64,000 nucleotides of DNA from an uncultured delta proteobacterium (lineage in GTDB: Bacteria; Desulfobacterota; Desulfomonilia; UBA1062), in the NCBI GenBank assembly GCA_963752595.1, contig CAVVYZ010000013.1:128001-192000 (forward strand). Reading direction: 5' to 3'. Below the pieces are notes generated by a model, which saw nothing but the letters and a program-made list of their open reading frames with translations, made no database searches and had not been told where the DNA came from. Numbering within the stretch: position 1 is the first letter of the stretch; every line of letters starts with the position of its first letter. Below are positions 9,499 through 19,376 of the stretch, in pieces. Position numbers and translations under genes: made by a program.

Positions 9499-11445
9499 TT
9501 AATCGAGATAATCTTCGAAGCCTGGTGTACCTGAGGACGAGGGTTTTCCGGAGACGGTCGTGATGTCTTTGCTCAGCTCTTTTACCTGCTGTTCCATGTA
9601 ATCCTCGAACCCCGGGTTGTCGGTGCCCATGGCCGGTTCTTTTTTCTCTTCGCCGGATGTCTTTGCGTTCTGATGTTTACTATCAAGATAATCTTCAAAG
9701 CCGGCTGCATCTTCATGAAACGTCTTTTTAGGATTTGCGTGTGCATCAGCCGGCTGCTGCTTCGGCTGCTCAGGAGTGTGGTGAAGATCCAGCATTTTTT
9801 CATTCTTGATGTAGTTGGTTTCCACCACATCAGAGATTTCCAGCATCTTTTTTACGACATTTTTGATTTTGATTGCCTCGGCCTTGACTTCATTCAGGTT
9901 GCCGATCATGTTCTTGTTCGCGCTCGCCTCTTTGGTGAGCATATCGAGCTTGAGGAGTATCGTGGTAAGGGGTGAGTTGATTTCATGATTGGCCGCTATG
10001 GCTGTCTTTGAAACCGCAGCGAGTCTCTGGGCCTTGATGTTCTTGGTGATGAGCATTGCCCTCTGGATAGCCTGGGCCCCGACCTCGGCAATGGTTCGAA
10101 GAAGCAGGAGTTTCTGGTTCATTTCATCCTGCCCTGCATGTTCCTGGGGCATGGCTTCGATCACGCCGATGACCTTATTGTCCACCCTCAGCGGCGCGTG
10201 GATGAAACTGATGCCCTTGGGGTAGACGCCGTTCGTGCGGTCGAGCAGTTCCTTGGTCCCGCCTGTCATCCCGCTTTTCGTCTGGGGGGTATTGCTGATC
10301 CAGAAGGATTCTGTAATCATGATCCTTAAATTGTTCAGGCGCATGAGGCACCGGGTCTTTTTTGCATCGAGGATGGTGAGCGCACTCGCAGTGAGTATGT
10401 TGAGAATGTCGGAGAGCTTCAGCGATGACTGGAGCTGGCTGCTCATCTGGTTGAGGCTGGAGAGCTCGACGGTCCTCCGTTCCAGGGCCATTTTTTTCTG
10501 TTCGAGGTCGAGGCTCAGCTTCCCGAGCTGGGCATTCGCGTACTGCAGGACTTCAAAATACGTTTTCGGCTCTGCCTTTGGTATACCCATTTCTTCGCTG
10601 ATGCTGGATATGCTGTCTTTCAGCGAAATGGAGACATCCTGAATATCGTGGCTTGTCAGGTTCATCTGGGAGAGGAGAGAAGGATCGACAAACCCTCTGT
10701 CGGATTGGCCTATGCCGAGCCCCAGGTGGTTTGTCACGATATCGGCAACATGCACGATGGCGCAGAGCCGTCCGGCTTCATCGTCATTGGTAACTTCGGC
10801 GATGCTGTGGTGGTACCCCACGGTCTTGCACAGAATCGCAGGCAGGTTCCATTTCTCCATGAGACACCTGCCCAGGCTTGCATGGTCTACACCGATGATG
10901 TTCTGCTCTACCTCGATTATATCGGTGTTGGCGCGATTCATGACCTCCAGCACCTCGGAGTATTCTCCATTCTTGCACAGGACCTGGTCGGCTACCACCT
11001 TGCCCAGATCATGCAGAAGCCCGGCAATGAAGGCATTCTCCGCCGATGAGGGGAAGATCTTCGCAGCAATATTTTTTGCGCATACCGCACAGGCGATACT
11101 GTGCTGCCAGAATTTGTAGAAATCCAGGGCACATTTGTCCTTGCTGCTGAACATATTGATCACGCTTATGCTCAGGACGATGCTCTTAAGCACATTGAAC
11201 CCCAGCAGCACCACGGCCCCACGGATGGTGGATATCTCCTGAATCCTCCGGTAAAAAGGCGAGTTTGCCACTTTGAGCACCTTGATTGACAGTGCCTGAT
11301 CTTTTTCCACCAGATCGGCTATCTGTTTGGCGCTCACCTTCGAGTCGAGGGTCTTCTCCATGACGGCAGTCGCGATAGAAGGTAACGTAGGGATATCGAT
11401 GTCATCCAGCATCGATTTAATCTCGTCAAGTGCTTTTCTCATCAT
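9499..11445 (-). CDS. HDOD-domain signalling protein with GAF-like region, HisKA H-box, no HATPase domain, and a repeat-bearing tail
   Basis: IPTLPSI, DQALSIKVLKVANS, FWQHSIACA, AGLLHDLGK, DHASLG..WNLP; ANHEINSPL; tail with 3x GFEDY. Confidence 0.88.
   Translation of the reverse strand: MMRKALDEIKSMLDDIDIPTLPSIATAVMEKTLDSKVSAKQIADLVEKDQALSIKVLKVANSPFYRRIQEISTIRGAVVLLGFNVLKSIVLSISVINMFSSKDKCALDFYKFWQHSIACAVCAKNIAAKIFPSSAENAFIAGLLHDLGKVVADQVLCKNGEYSEVLEVMNRANTDIIEVEQNIIGVDHASLGRCLMEKWNLPAILCKTVGYHHSIAEVTNDDEAGRLCAIVHVADIVTNHLGLGIGQSDRGFVDPSLLSQMNLTSHDIQDVSISLKDSISSISEEMGIPKAEPKTYFEVLQYANAQLGKLSLDLEQKKMALERRTVELSSLNQMSSQLQSSLKLSDILNILTASALTILDAKKTRCLMRLNNLRIMITESFWISNTPQTKSGMTGGTKELLDRTNGVYPKGISFIHAPLRVDNKVIGVIEAMPQEHAGQDEMNQKLLLLRTIAEVGAQAIQRAMLITKNIKAQRLAAVSKTAIAANHEINSPLTTILLKLDMLTKEASANKNMIGNLNEVKAEAIKIKNVVKKMLEISDVVETNYIKNEKMLDLHHTPEQPKQQPADAHANPKKTFHEDAAGFEDYLDSKHQNAKTSGEEKKEPAMGTDNPGFEDYMEQQVKELSKDITTVSGKPSSSGTPGFEDYLD
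9508..9702 (-). repeat. Three GFEDY-coding motifs at exact 90-nt (30-aa) period
   Basis: Tyr codons of GFEDY at 9508-9510, 9598-9600 and 9688-9690; spacers are not similar. Confidence 0.9.
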
Positions 11446-11513
11446 CTAAGACCTTATCGTTTAAAGATGTTCCAATCTTGAGTCCGAAGGATGAATATGA
11501 TAGTCAAAATGTA

Positions 11514-12578
11514 ATGAAGTCCCACCGAGAGAAAACGAAAAGGATTTTTCTGGGTTCCGTGCCCATAGGCGATGGCGCACCTGTTACGATCCAGTCCATG
11601 ACGAATACGGATACGAGGGACAGGGGAAAGACCATATCCCAGATCCATTCCCTTGAAAAAGCAGGCTGCGACATAATACGCATCAGCATCCCGGATGGGG
11701 AATCTGCATCAGCCCTTAAAGATATCAAGAAAGATGTCCGCATCCCTGTCGTGGCAGATATCCATTTCGATTACAGGCTCGCCATCGCTGCAATTGAAAG
11801 CGGGGCGGACGGCATCAGAATAAATCCCGGAAACATCGGCGGCTCGGAAAAGGTCATGGCCGTGGCCAGGGCAGCTAATGAAGCAGGTATCCCGGTTCGC
11901 ATCGGGGTAAACCTGGGTTCGGTGAAGAAGAGTATCCTCGATGCATATGGAAACGACCGGATTGGAGCCCTGGTGGAGAATGCCAGGCAGTATGTGAGCA
12001 TGCTTGAAGATATGGGCGTGCAGTCCATCAAGGTTTCTCTCAAGTCCTCGGATGTGCTGGAGACCATCGAATCCTACCGGCGTTTTGCCCGTATCTGCAC
12101 CTGGCCGCTCCATCTGGGCGTGACCGAAGCGGGAACCCTTTTTTCGGGTGCGATCCGTTCCTCTGTCGGCATCGGGGCGCTCCTGCTGGAAGGTATCGGA
12201 GACACTATCCGGATATCGCTGGCCGCAGATCCTCTTCAGGAGGTTCTTGCAGGCCGGGTGCTCCTGGAGAGCATAGGTCTACGGAAGGAAGGGGTGCGGG
12301 TCATCGCCTGCCCCACCTGCGCCCGGACGAATGCCGATGTTGCCGCTATCGCATCAGAAGTCGAAGATGCCTTGAAAGATGTGAAGGAACACCTGGTGGT
12401 GGCAGTCATGGGATGTGTGGTGAACGGCCCCGGAGAGGCGAGGATAGCGGACCTCGGGGTTGCCTGCGACAAGGGCGGCGCTATGCTGTTCGTCCGCGGG
12501 GAGCCGTTGCGCAGGATCGAGACATCGGAAATCACGAAGAGTCTGTTGGATGAAATAAAGAAGGAGTTATCGAAATGA
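11514..12578 (+). CDS. ispG: 4-hydroxy-3-methylbut-2-en-1-yl diphosphate synthase
   Basis: IQSMTNT, VADIHFDY, RINPGNIG, LHLGVTEAG, EGIGDTIRISL, ACPTCAR, VMGCVVNGPGEA; start placed at ATG 11514. Confidence 0.97.
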   Translation: MKSHREKTKRIFLGSVPIGDGAPVTIQSMTNTDTRDRGKTISQIHSLEKAGCDIIRISIPDGESASALKDIKKDVRIPVVADIHFDYRLAIAAIESGADGIRINPGNIGGSEKVMAVARAANEAGIPVRIGVNLGSVKKSILDAYGNDRIGALVENARQYVSMLEDMGVQSIKVSLKSSDVLETIESYRRFARICTWPLHLGVTEAGTLFSGAIRSSVGIGALLLEGIGDTIRISLAADPLQEVLAGRVLLESIGLRKEGVRVIACPTCARTNADVAAIASEVEDALKDVKEHLVVAVMGCVVNGPGEARIADLGVACDKGGAMLFVRGEPLRRIETSEITKSLLDEIKKELSK

Positions 12579-14290
12579 AATTATCTTCCATGTTTTTGCA
12601 TACGCTGAAAGAAGACCCGCGGGATGCGGAGGTCATAAGCCATAAGCTGATGCTTCGCGCCTCCATGATCAAGAAGCTCGCCTCCGGCATCTACTCCTAC
12701 CTTCCCTATGGGCTTAAGGCCTTAAGAAAGGTGGAGAAGGTTATCCGGGAGGAGATGAATACGGCCGGCGCCCAGGAAGTTCTGATGCCTGCGGTGCAGC
12801 CTTCCGAGGTCTGGAAGGAGAGTGGCAGGTGGAACGTGTACGGAAAGGAACTCTTAAGGTTCCAAGACAGGAAGGGCGGCGAGTTTGCCTTGGGTCCGAC
12901 ACACGAAGAGGTGATCACCTCCATCGTCAGGGACGAGGTGCATTCCTATCGTGACCTCCCGGTCAACCTTTACCAGATCCAGACGAAATTCCGCGACGAG
13001 ATCAGGCCCCGGTTCGGCGTCATGCGATCCCGTGAATTCATTATGAAGGATGCCTATTCCTTCGACATCGATGACCAGGGGGCAGAGAAGAGTTACGAGG
13101 CCATGTACAAAGCCTACGAGCGCATTTTCAGCAGATGCGGGCTCAAATTCAAGCCGGTTGAGGCAGACACCGGCCCCATCGGGGGCAACTTCTCGCATGA
13201 ATTCATGGTCCTGGCCTCTACCGGAGAGGACATCATCCTGAGCTGCGCGAAATGCAGCTACGCAGCGAATCTGGAAAAGGCCGAGATCGCACGGCCCGCG
13301 TCCCTTGACCTGCGGCCATCCCCTGCAGGCAGCCCTGAAAAGGTACATACCCCGGGTGTCAGGACAGTGGAAGAGGTATGCGGGTTTCTCGGGGTTACCC
13401 CGAAAGACCTCGTCAAGACCCTTATCTATACAACTGACAAAGGGATCGTCGCTGCCCTGGTGCGGGGTGATCACGAGGTGAACGAGGCAAAGCTCAAACG
13501 GGCGGCAGGCTGCGAGACGCTGGAACTGGCCGATGAGGCTACCATCGAGAAGTATACAAAGGCGCCCCGGGGATTTGCCGGCCCCGTCGGCCTTTCCATA
13601 AAAAAGATCGCGGATTTCGCTCTCCTGGAATCAGGTTCCAGCGTCACCGGGGCCAACGAGGAGGATTACCATCTCAGGAACGTATGGCTTTCCCGCGATG
13701 CTCAGATCAATCTTATAGCGGATATCAGGAATGCACAGGAAGGCGACACTTGCCCCCGGTGCGAAGAGGGGACCCTGGGCGCCATACGGGGTATCGAGGT
13801 CGGGCATATCTTCAAGCTGGGCACAAAGTACTCGAAGGCCATGAATGCATGCTATCTCGATGTGAACGGCGACCTCAAGCCCATCATCATGGGATGCTAC
13901 GGGATCGGGGTAAGCCGCGTGCTGGCTGCTGCAATCGAGCAGTATGCGGACGAGAACGGGGTTGTGTTCCCTGTCCCAATCGCGCCCTATCCGGTCGTTG
14001 TGCTTCCGGTGAGTATTACCGATGAGAAGGTCATGAGCGAGGCGCTCCGGATCTATGACGAGCTGAACCGTCGAGGGATCGATACCCTCATGGACGACCG
14101 GGATGCACGGCCCGGGGTGAAATTCATGGATGCGGACCTCATCGGCGTCCCCTACCGGATAACCGTAGGGGCGAGAGGATTGAAGGAAGGCATTGTCGAG
14201 GTAAAGGAGAGGAGCTCCGGAACCGTTGAAAAAGTCCCCCTCCAGGAGGTAATAGACTACTGTTTTGCACGAGTGAAGGTGTTAGGATAA
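12575..14290 (+). CDS. proS: Proline--tRNA ligase (with editing insertion)
   Basis: SHKLMLRA, LGPTHEE, QIQTKFRDEIRPRFG, GIEVGHIFKLG, MGCYGIG. Confidence 0.98.
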   Translation: MKLSSMFLHTLKEDPRDAEVISHKLMLRASMIKKLASGIYSYLPYGLKALRKVEKVIREEMNTAGAQEVLMPAVQPSEVWKESGRWNVYGKELLRFQDRKGGEFALGPTHEEVITSIVRDEVHSYRDLPVNLYQIQTKFRDEIRPRFGVMRSREFIMKDAYSFDIDDQGAEKSYEAMYKAYERIFSRCGLKFKPVEADTGPIGGNFSHEFMVLASTGEDIILSCAKCSYAANLEKAEIARPASLDLRPSPAGSPEKVHTPGVRTVEEVCGFLGVTPKDLVKTLIYTTDKGIVAALVRGDHEVNEAKLKRAAGCETLELADEATIEKYTKAPRGFAGPVGLSIKKIADFALLESGSSVTGANEEDYHLRNVWLSRDAQINLIADIRNAQEGDTCPRCEEGTLGAIRGIEVGHIFKLGTKYSKAMNACYLDVNGDLKPIIMGCYGIGVSRVLAAAIEQYADENGVVFPVPIAPYPVVVLPVSITDEKVMSEALRIYDELNRRGIDTLMDDRDARPGVKFMDADLIGVPYRITVGARGLKEGIVEVKERSSGTVEKVPLQEVIDYCFARVKVLG

Positions 14291-14294
14291 ATTA

Positions 14295-16400
14295 TTGACA
14301 GTACGGATCAATGACATACTCGATGAAGTGTCTGCATATATCTCGGATGCAGACAAGAGGATCATAGAAAAGGCGTACGTTTTTTCCGCCCGGGTACACC
14401 AGGGGCAGACGCGGCTGAGCGGCGAGCCCTACCTGAACCATCCCCTGGAGGTCGCTTATCTCATCGCTCAGATGCACCTGGATACAACCGCTGTGGTGGC
14501 GGCACTGCTCCACGATGCCATCGAAGACTCCTTCACCAAGCTGGAGGATATCAGCGCCCAGTTCGGAGAGGAGGTCACCCAGGTCGTGGACGGGCTTACC
14601 AAGATCTCCAAGATCGACTTCCGATCCAAGGAGGAGCAGCAGGCTGAGAACTTCCGGAAGATGATCCTTGCCATGAGCAAGGATTTACGGATTCTCCTCA
14701 TCAAGCTCACCGACCGGCTTCACAACATGCGCACCCTCCAGTACCACAACTCGGCCTCCCAGCAGAGGATTGCCCGGGAAACCCTCGACATCTATGCGCC
14801 GCTGGCAAACAGGCTGGGCATCTACTGGCTCCAGGTTGAGCTCGAGGAGCTGAGCCTGAAGTATCTCGACCCGCAGGGGTATAAAACACTGAAGACCAAG
14901 CTCGACTCCATTGCCAAGGCCAAGGAAGAGTACCTGAAGGAAGTAATGGGCCAGATCCAGTCTAAACTGGGTGAGTCAGGGCTCAAGGCCGAGGTCAAGG
15001 GCAGGATCAAGCATGTTTACAGCGTGTATCAGAAGCTGAAAAAGCAGGGGATCCCCTTCGAAGATGTGTATGATGTCCTCGGGGTAAGGGTACTCGTCGG
15101 ATCCGTGGCGGAGTGCTACGAGACTTTGGGCATTATCCACTCCGAATGGAAGCCGATTCAATCGAGGATCAAAGATTTCATCGCCATGCCCAAGACAAAT
15201 ATGTATCAGTCGCTCCACACAACGGTTTTCGGCCCCGGCGGCGAGCGGATAGAAATCCAGATCCGAACCAGGGAGATGGACTTCTTTGCAAACGAGGGGA
15301 TTGCGGCTCACTGGCGGTATAAGGACGGGACCCGGGTGAGCGAGCAGGACGGCGAAAAGCTTACGTGGCTCAGGCAGCTCCTGGAATGGCAGAAGGAGCT
15401 CAAAGACCCCAGAGAGTTCCTCCAGAGCGTCAAGATAGATCTCTATCCCGAGGATGTCTATGTATTTACCCCCAAAGGGGAGGTAAGGCGTTTCCCGGTG
15501 GGGGCAACGCCTCTGGATTTTGCCTACAGCGTGCACACCCAGCTCGGGAACCAGTGCACCGGCGCCAAGGTAAACGGCAAGATCGTGCCGCTCCGGTACA
15601 AGCTCAACAGCGGAGACGTCATCGAGATCCTCAGGTCATCCAAGCAGCGGCCGAGCAAGGACTGGCTCCGTATCGCCAAAACGTCCCGGGCAAAGACAAA
15701 GATAAAATCGTGGCTGAGGACCCAGGAGATCGAGCAGAGCATCGCCCTGGGCAGGGAGATCCTGGAAAAGAAGATCAGAAGTCTGCATCTGGTCAAGGAT
15801 CTCGATTATGAAGAGCTTGCAAAGGAGGCATCCCATAAAAATGTAGATGACCTCTTCATGGCCATCGGCTTCGGCAGGATCTCGGTAAACCAGGTGCTGG
15901 CCAAATATGCGCCTGAAGAGCAGAAAAAAACCCAGAAAACGCCGGATCACAAAAAAAAGCAGGACTCTTCGAGTATTGTCGTCAAGGGGGTGGAGAACCT
16001 CCTCGTGCGGTATGCAAAGTGCTGCAGGCCGATACCCGGAGACGATGTCATGGGATTCATCACACGGGGGAGGGGCATCACGGTTCACCGGTCCAATTGC
16101 TCATATGTGGCAGAGATAGATGCACAGCGTCTCATCCCCGTCGAGTGGGACACGGAGATCTCGGAAAGCCACGAGATAGAATTTTCGGTGACGTGCGTAG
16201 ATAAACCGGGCATGCTGGGTCTCATTACCGCAGCCATCGGGGAGAAGAAAATCAATATCTCAACCATGAAGGCCTTCTCCGTGGTGCACGGGAGTTCGGT
16301 ATGCATCTTCAGGGTTATGGTGAAGAATCTCTCGGAGCTTAAGGATCTTTTTAACGATATCAGAAAATTAAAGGGCGTTGAAAAGATCGAGCGGCAATAG
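14295..16400 (+). CDS. relA: Bifunctional (p)ppGpp synthetase/hydrolase (long RSH: HD, SYN, TGS, ACT)
   Basis: TTG start; SGEPYLNHP, LLHDAIED, DRLHNMRTL, YQSLHTTV, EIQIRT, TPLDFAY, AKCCRPIPGD. Confidence 0.96.
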   Translation: MTVRINDILDEVSAYISDADKRIIEKAYVFSARVHQGQTRLSGEPYLNHPLEVAYLIAQMHLDTTAVVAALLHDAIEDSFTKLEDISAQFGEEVTQVVDGLTKISKIDFRSKEEQQAENFRKMILAMSKDLRILLIKLTDRLHNMRTLQYHNSASQQRIARETLDIYAPLANRLGIYWLQVELEELSLKYLDPQGYKTLKTKLDSIAKAKEEYLKEVMGQIQSKLGESGLKAEVKGRIKHVYSVYQKLKKQGIPFEDVYDVLGVRVLVGSVAECYETLGIIHSEWKPIQSRIKDFIAMPKTNMYQSLHTTVFGPGGERIEIQIRTREMDFFANEGIAAHWRYKDGTRVSEQDGEKLTWLRQLLEWQKELKDPREFLQSVKIDLYPEDVYVFTPKGEVRRFPVGATPLDFAYSVHTQLGNQCTGAKVNGKIVPLRYKLNSGDVIEILRSSKQRPSKDWLRIAKTSRAKTKIKSWLRTQEIEQSIALGREILEKKIRSLHLVKDLDYEELAKEASHKNVDDLFMAIGFGRISVNQVLAKYAPEEQKKTQKTPDHKKKQDSSSIVVKGVENLLVRYAKCCRPIPGDDVMGFITRGRGITVHRSNCSYVAEIDAQRLIPVEWDTEISESHEIEFSVTCVDKPGMLGLITAAIGEKKINISTMKAFSVVHGSSVCIFRVMVKNLSELKDLFNDIRKLKGVEKIERQ

Positions 16401-16450
16401 GAAGCGGCAATCTGCCCGTCATCCGGGCGACCTTTCTCGTGCTGCGTTCC

Positions 16451-16927
16451 TTACAGCTGGGTCCTGATCTTTTCGATGATCCTGTTCTCGATGACCTTAT
16501 TGGAAATGCATTCATGCCATTCCTGGGAAACATTCCTGTCGTAGGCCTCTATATGTGCCGTGACTTTGACCTTGGTGCTCATATCGTTGATGGGGGTGAT
16601 CAGGATGCTTAAGGTATATCCCACCTGAGACCATATCGCCAGCCTGGCTGCGGAAGGTTTCTGGGCAATGGCATCGATATCATGGTGCGCCTGGGGGCCG
16701 ACAGAGTAGTTTACGAACTTCGTAATGATGACGCCCCTGTCCTTGTTCATGGAATCAATGGGGATCGATTCCTCGCTTAAGGTAACTGTGGCAGCGTCCC
16801 AGATCTTATCAAAACGTGCAAGGTAAAATGCAGTGTCATCGACCGGTTTCACGGGCTTGGGTGAGGATGCACACCCGGATATGAGAATGAGTGCCAGCAA
16901 TGCCGCTATATACGATACGTTCTTCAT
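16451..16927 (-). CDS. Hypothetical lipoprotein
   Basis: Signal peptide with lipobox LISGC; RBS GAGGAG. Confidence 0.8.
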   Translation of the reverse strand: MKNVSYIAALLALILISGCASSPKPVKPVDDTAFYLARFDKIWDAATVTLSEESIPIDSMNKDRGVIITKFVNYSVGPQAHHDIDAIAQKPSAARLAIWSQVGYTLSILITPINDMSTKVKVTAHIEAYDRNVSQEWHECISNKVIENRIIEKIRTQL

Positions 16928-17260
16928 TTTCTTCTCCTCACTGCAATACCATGCACGGAATCAAAAATGGTTAATTATCAGAATTATACCAGACTTACAA
17001 GGGAAAATACAGCAGCCTTTGATGCAACAAAGGGTTCCCCCGGATAGGTGTTGAGATGCTTTGTGCATCCGGGGCCCGGTCTGAACCCCATAGACTCCGG
17101 GTATTCGCTTTTTAATGTTTACGAAATATACCCGTTAAACGATGATCTAAAAAGGCTGCAGAAAAGACCCCAAGGGATGAGCCCGGATAAGGCTCCCCTT
17201 TCATTGGATTTTCTCATGAAGCATGGGAAAGGAGGTAAAGCTTGCCTGGATAAAAAAGAA

Positions 17261-17455
17261 TCAGGCCGTATGTTTCTGTATTCTTCCAGATTTGATGCAC
17301 TGCGTGCATACGGTTACTCTCCTGGCGCCCTGAGATGTATCGACCCGCACTCTCTGCAGGTTGGGTAGCCAGACCCGTTTGGTTTTGTTCTGAGCGTGAG
17401 AGACGTTATGTCCTGACTGCGGGCCCTTTCCACAAATATCACACTTTCTTGCCAT
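17261..17455 (-). CDS. rpmB: 50S ribosomal protein L28 (Cys-containing form)
   Basis: [32 protein letters not shown]...VCTQCIKSG. Confidence 0.98.
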   Translation of the reverse strand: MARKCDICGKGPQSGHNVSHAQNKTKRVWLPNLQRVRVDTSQGARRVTVCTQCIKSGRIQKHTA

Positions 17456-17495
17456 GTATTCCTGACTCTCTCTTTCTTGAGTATCGTATAAAATT

Positions 17496-17582
17496 TGGTG
17501 CCGAAGCCGGGATTTGAACCCGGACGGGCGTAGCCCACTACCCCCTCAAGATAGCGTGTCTGCCAAATTCCACCACTTCGGC
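17496..17582 (-). tRNA. tRNA-Leu (GAG)
   Basis: GCCGAAG...CTTCGGC-A-CCA acceptor; anticodon arm CTATC-TTGAGGG-GGTAG; long variable arm; T-loop TTCAAAT; 87 nt. Confidence 0.97.
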
Positions 17583-17597
17583 GTAAGTCCGGTTTTG

Positions 17598-17626
17598 TTA
17601 ATAACAACCAAAGCCACCACTGTCAA
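17598..17626 (-). promoter_or_regulatory. Sigma-70 promoter for tRNA-Leu/rpmB
   Basis: Minus strand TTGACA-N17-TATTAA, 15 nt upstream of the tRNA. Confidence 0.7.
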
Positions 17627-17840
17627 TATGGAAAATCAGGTGGGAATAACTGTACAATCGTCTTAAGGCTTGATCAGAAATTGACATTTTTACCATGACT
17701 CAAAGTTGATATGTTCTGCCGTCAAAGTCTGTTCAGCTCGTCTCCCGGCATCATCAGAGACTGTATCCATGCACTTTTTACATTAGCCGGATTTGACTCT
17801 TCAACCTCATGGATTATTAAAGATCTTGTTGTAATAAAAT

Positions 17841-17887
17841 AAGTAATTACTTGACAGATAGGATACTAATAGGAATGATTATCATTA
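17841..17887 (+). promoter_or_regulatory. Promoter region with Fur/PerR-like operator upstream of dfx
   Basis: TTGACA at 17851; palindrome AATGATTATCATT at 17874-17886 (Fur-box core); second palindrome AAGTAATTACTT at 17841-17852. Confidence 0.7.
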
Positions 17888-17910
17888 ACAAATAAGTGGA
17901 GGATATGGGC

Positions 17911-18291
17911 ATGACGAAAAGCCTTGAGATTTACAAGTGCGAAGTATGTGGAAACATCGTTGAGGTAATTCATGAGGGCAAGGGTGAACTGGTCTGCTGC
18001 GGACAGCCCATGAAGCTTATTACGGAAAATACCGTTGATGCAGAAAAAGAGAAGCACGTGCCGGTCATGGAAAAAATATCTGACGGGTATCGTGTAAAGG
18101 TTGGGAGCGTGACACATCCCATGGAAGAAAAGCACTACATCGAGTGGATCGAGCTCATCGCCGACGGCACGACATACCGCAGGTTCCTCAAGCCGGGAGA
18201 AGCTCCCGAAGCGTTTTTCTGCATCACTGCAAGCCGGGTAACGGCACGGGAATACTGCAACCTCCACGGCCTCTGGAAGGCAGACCAGTAA
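17911..18291 (+). CDS. dfx: Desulfoferrodoxin (superoxide reductase)
   Basis: [48 protein letters not shown]. Confidence 0.97.
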   Translation: MTKSLEIYKCEVCGNIVEVIHEGKGELVCCGQPMKLITENTVDAEKEKHVPVMEKISDGYRVKVGSVTHPMEEKHYIEWIELIADGTTYRRFLKPGEAPEAFFCITASRVTAREYCNLHGLWKADQ

Positions 18292-18322
18292 GGAAAAGAA
18301 GGTAAAATACAAGGAGAGTGCC

Positions 18323-18838
18323 ATGATCAATAAAAAGGTCGAAACAGCAATCAATAAACAGATAAATGCCGAGATCTATTCAGCATATCTGTACCTTTCC
18401 ATGAACGCCTATTTCAATTCCGTCAACCTCATAGGGTTTGCAAACTGGATGCGTATTCAGGCCCTTGAGGAGCTGACCCATGCGGACAAGTTCTACAATT
18501 TCATCGTCAGCAGGGGCGGCAGGATCAAGCTTGAAGCGGTTGCAGGCCCGCCGGCGCAGTGGAAATCGGCGCTGGCTGCTTTCGAGGATGCACTGAAGCA
18601 TGAGCAGAAGGTTACCGGGCTTATCAATGATCTCGTCGATCTTTCTCTCAAAGAGAAGGACCACGCGACAAACAGCATGCTGAAATGGTTTGTCGATGAG
18701 CAGGTCGAAGAAGAATCCAATGCCGAAAACATCATCCAGCAGCTCAAACTCATGGGCGAGAGCGGCCACGGGCTGCATATGCTCGACCGGGAACTCGCCC
18801 AGCGTGTTTTTGTCCCTCCTGTTCAGGCGCAACCATGA
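18323..18838 (+). CDS. ftnA: Non-heme ferritin
   Basis: INAEIYSAYLYLSM, EELTHA, HEQKVT, WFVDEQVEEE, LDREL. Confidence 0.94.
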   Translation: MINKKVETAINKQINAEIYSAYLYLSMNAYFNSVNLIGFANWMRIQALEELTHADKFYNFIVSRGGRIKLEAVAGPPAQWKSALAAFEDALKHEQKVTGLINDLVDLSLKEKDHATNSMLKWFVDEQVEEESNAENIIQQLKLMGESGHGLHMLDRELAQRVFVPPVQAQP

Positions 18839-18878
18839 CATAATAGGATAAAAATATTAAATAAGGGAGATCGCGACC

Positions 18879-19367
18879 ATGAAATTATATTTCAATGCAG
18901 ACGAAATATTTGAGATGGCAGAAGAGATCGAGAGGCAGGGTGCCCGTTTCTACCAGAAAGCCGCTTCCTTGTTCAATGAGCCGGAAATAAAGGAAATGCT
19001 TTCCGGTCTGGCATCCATGGAGATCGGACATGAGGAGGCGTTCGCAGGAATGCGCTCCAAGATCCTGAGCGACACCTATAAAGGGTACGACCCCGATGAG
19101 CTGGCAGCTTCGTACATCAGGGCCTTTACCGACGGAAAGGTCTTTGATCTCAAAAAGAATAAGGCTGATCTGATATCCGATAAATCCGCACTGGACGACA
19201 TCCTGAAGATGGCAATCGATGCAGAGAAGAACTCGATCGTATTTTATACGGGCATCAAGAAGGCGGTGCCTGAGCTTCTGGGTAAGGATACCATCGACCA
19301 GATCATTGCCGAAGAAGTGAAACATATTGTCATGCTCGTGGAGAAACTGGGGAATCTATCCTTATAG
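18879..19367 (+). CDS. Ferritin-like diiron (rubrerythrin family) protein
   Basis: FNADEIFEMAEEIERQGARFY, EIGH, AEKNSIVFY, EEVKH. Confidence 0.85.
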   Translation: MKLYFNADEIFEMAEEIERQGARFYQKAASLFNEPEIKEMLSGLASMEIGHEEAFAGMRSKILSDTYKGYDPDELAASYIRAFTDGKVFDLKKNKADLISDKSALDDILKMAIDAEKNSIVFYTGIKKAVPELLGKDTIDQIIAEEVKHIVMLVEKLGNLSL

Positions 19368-19376
19368 GGGGGTTGC

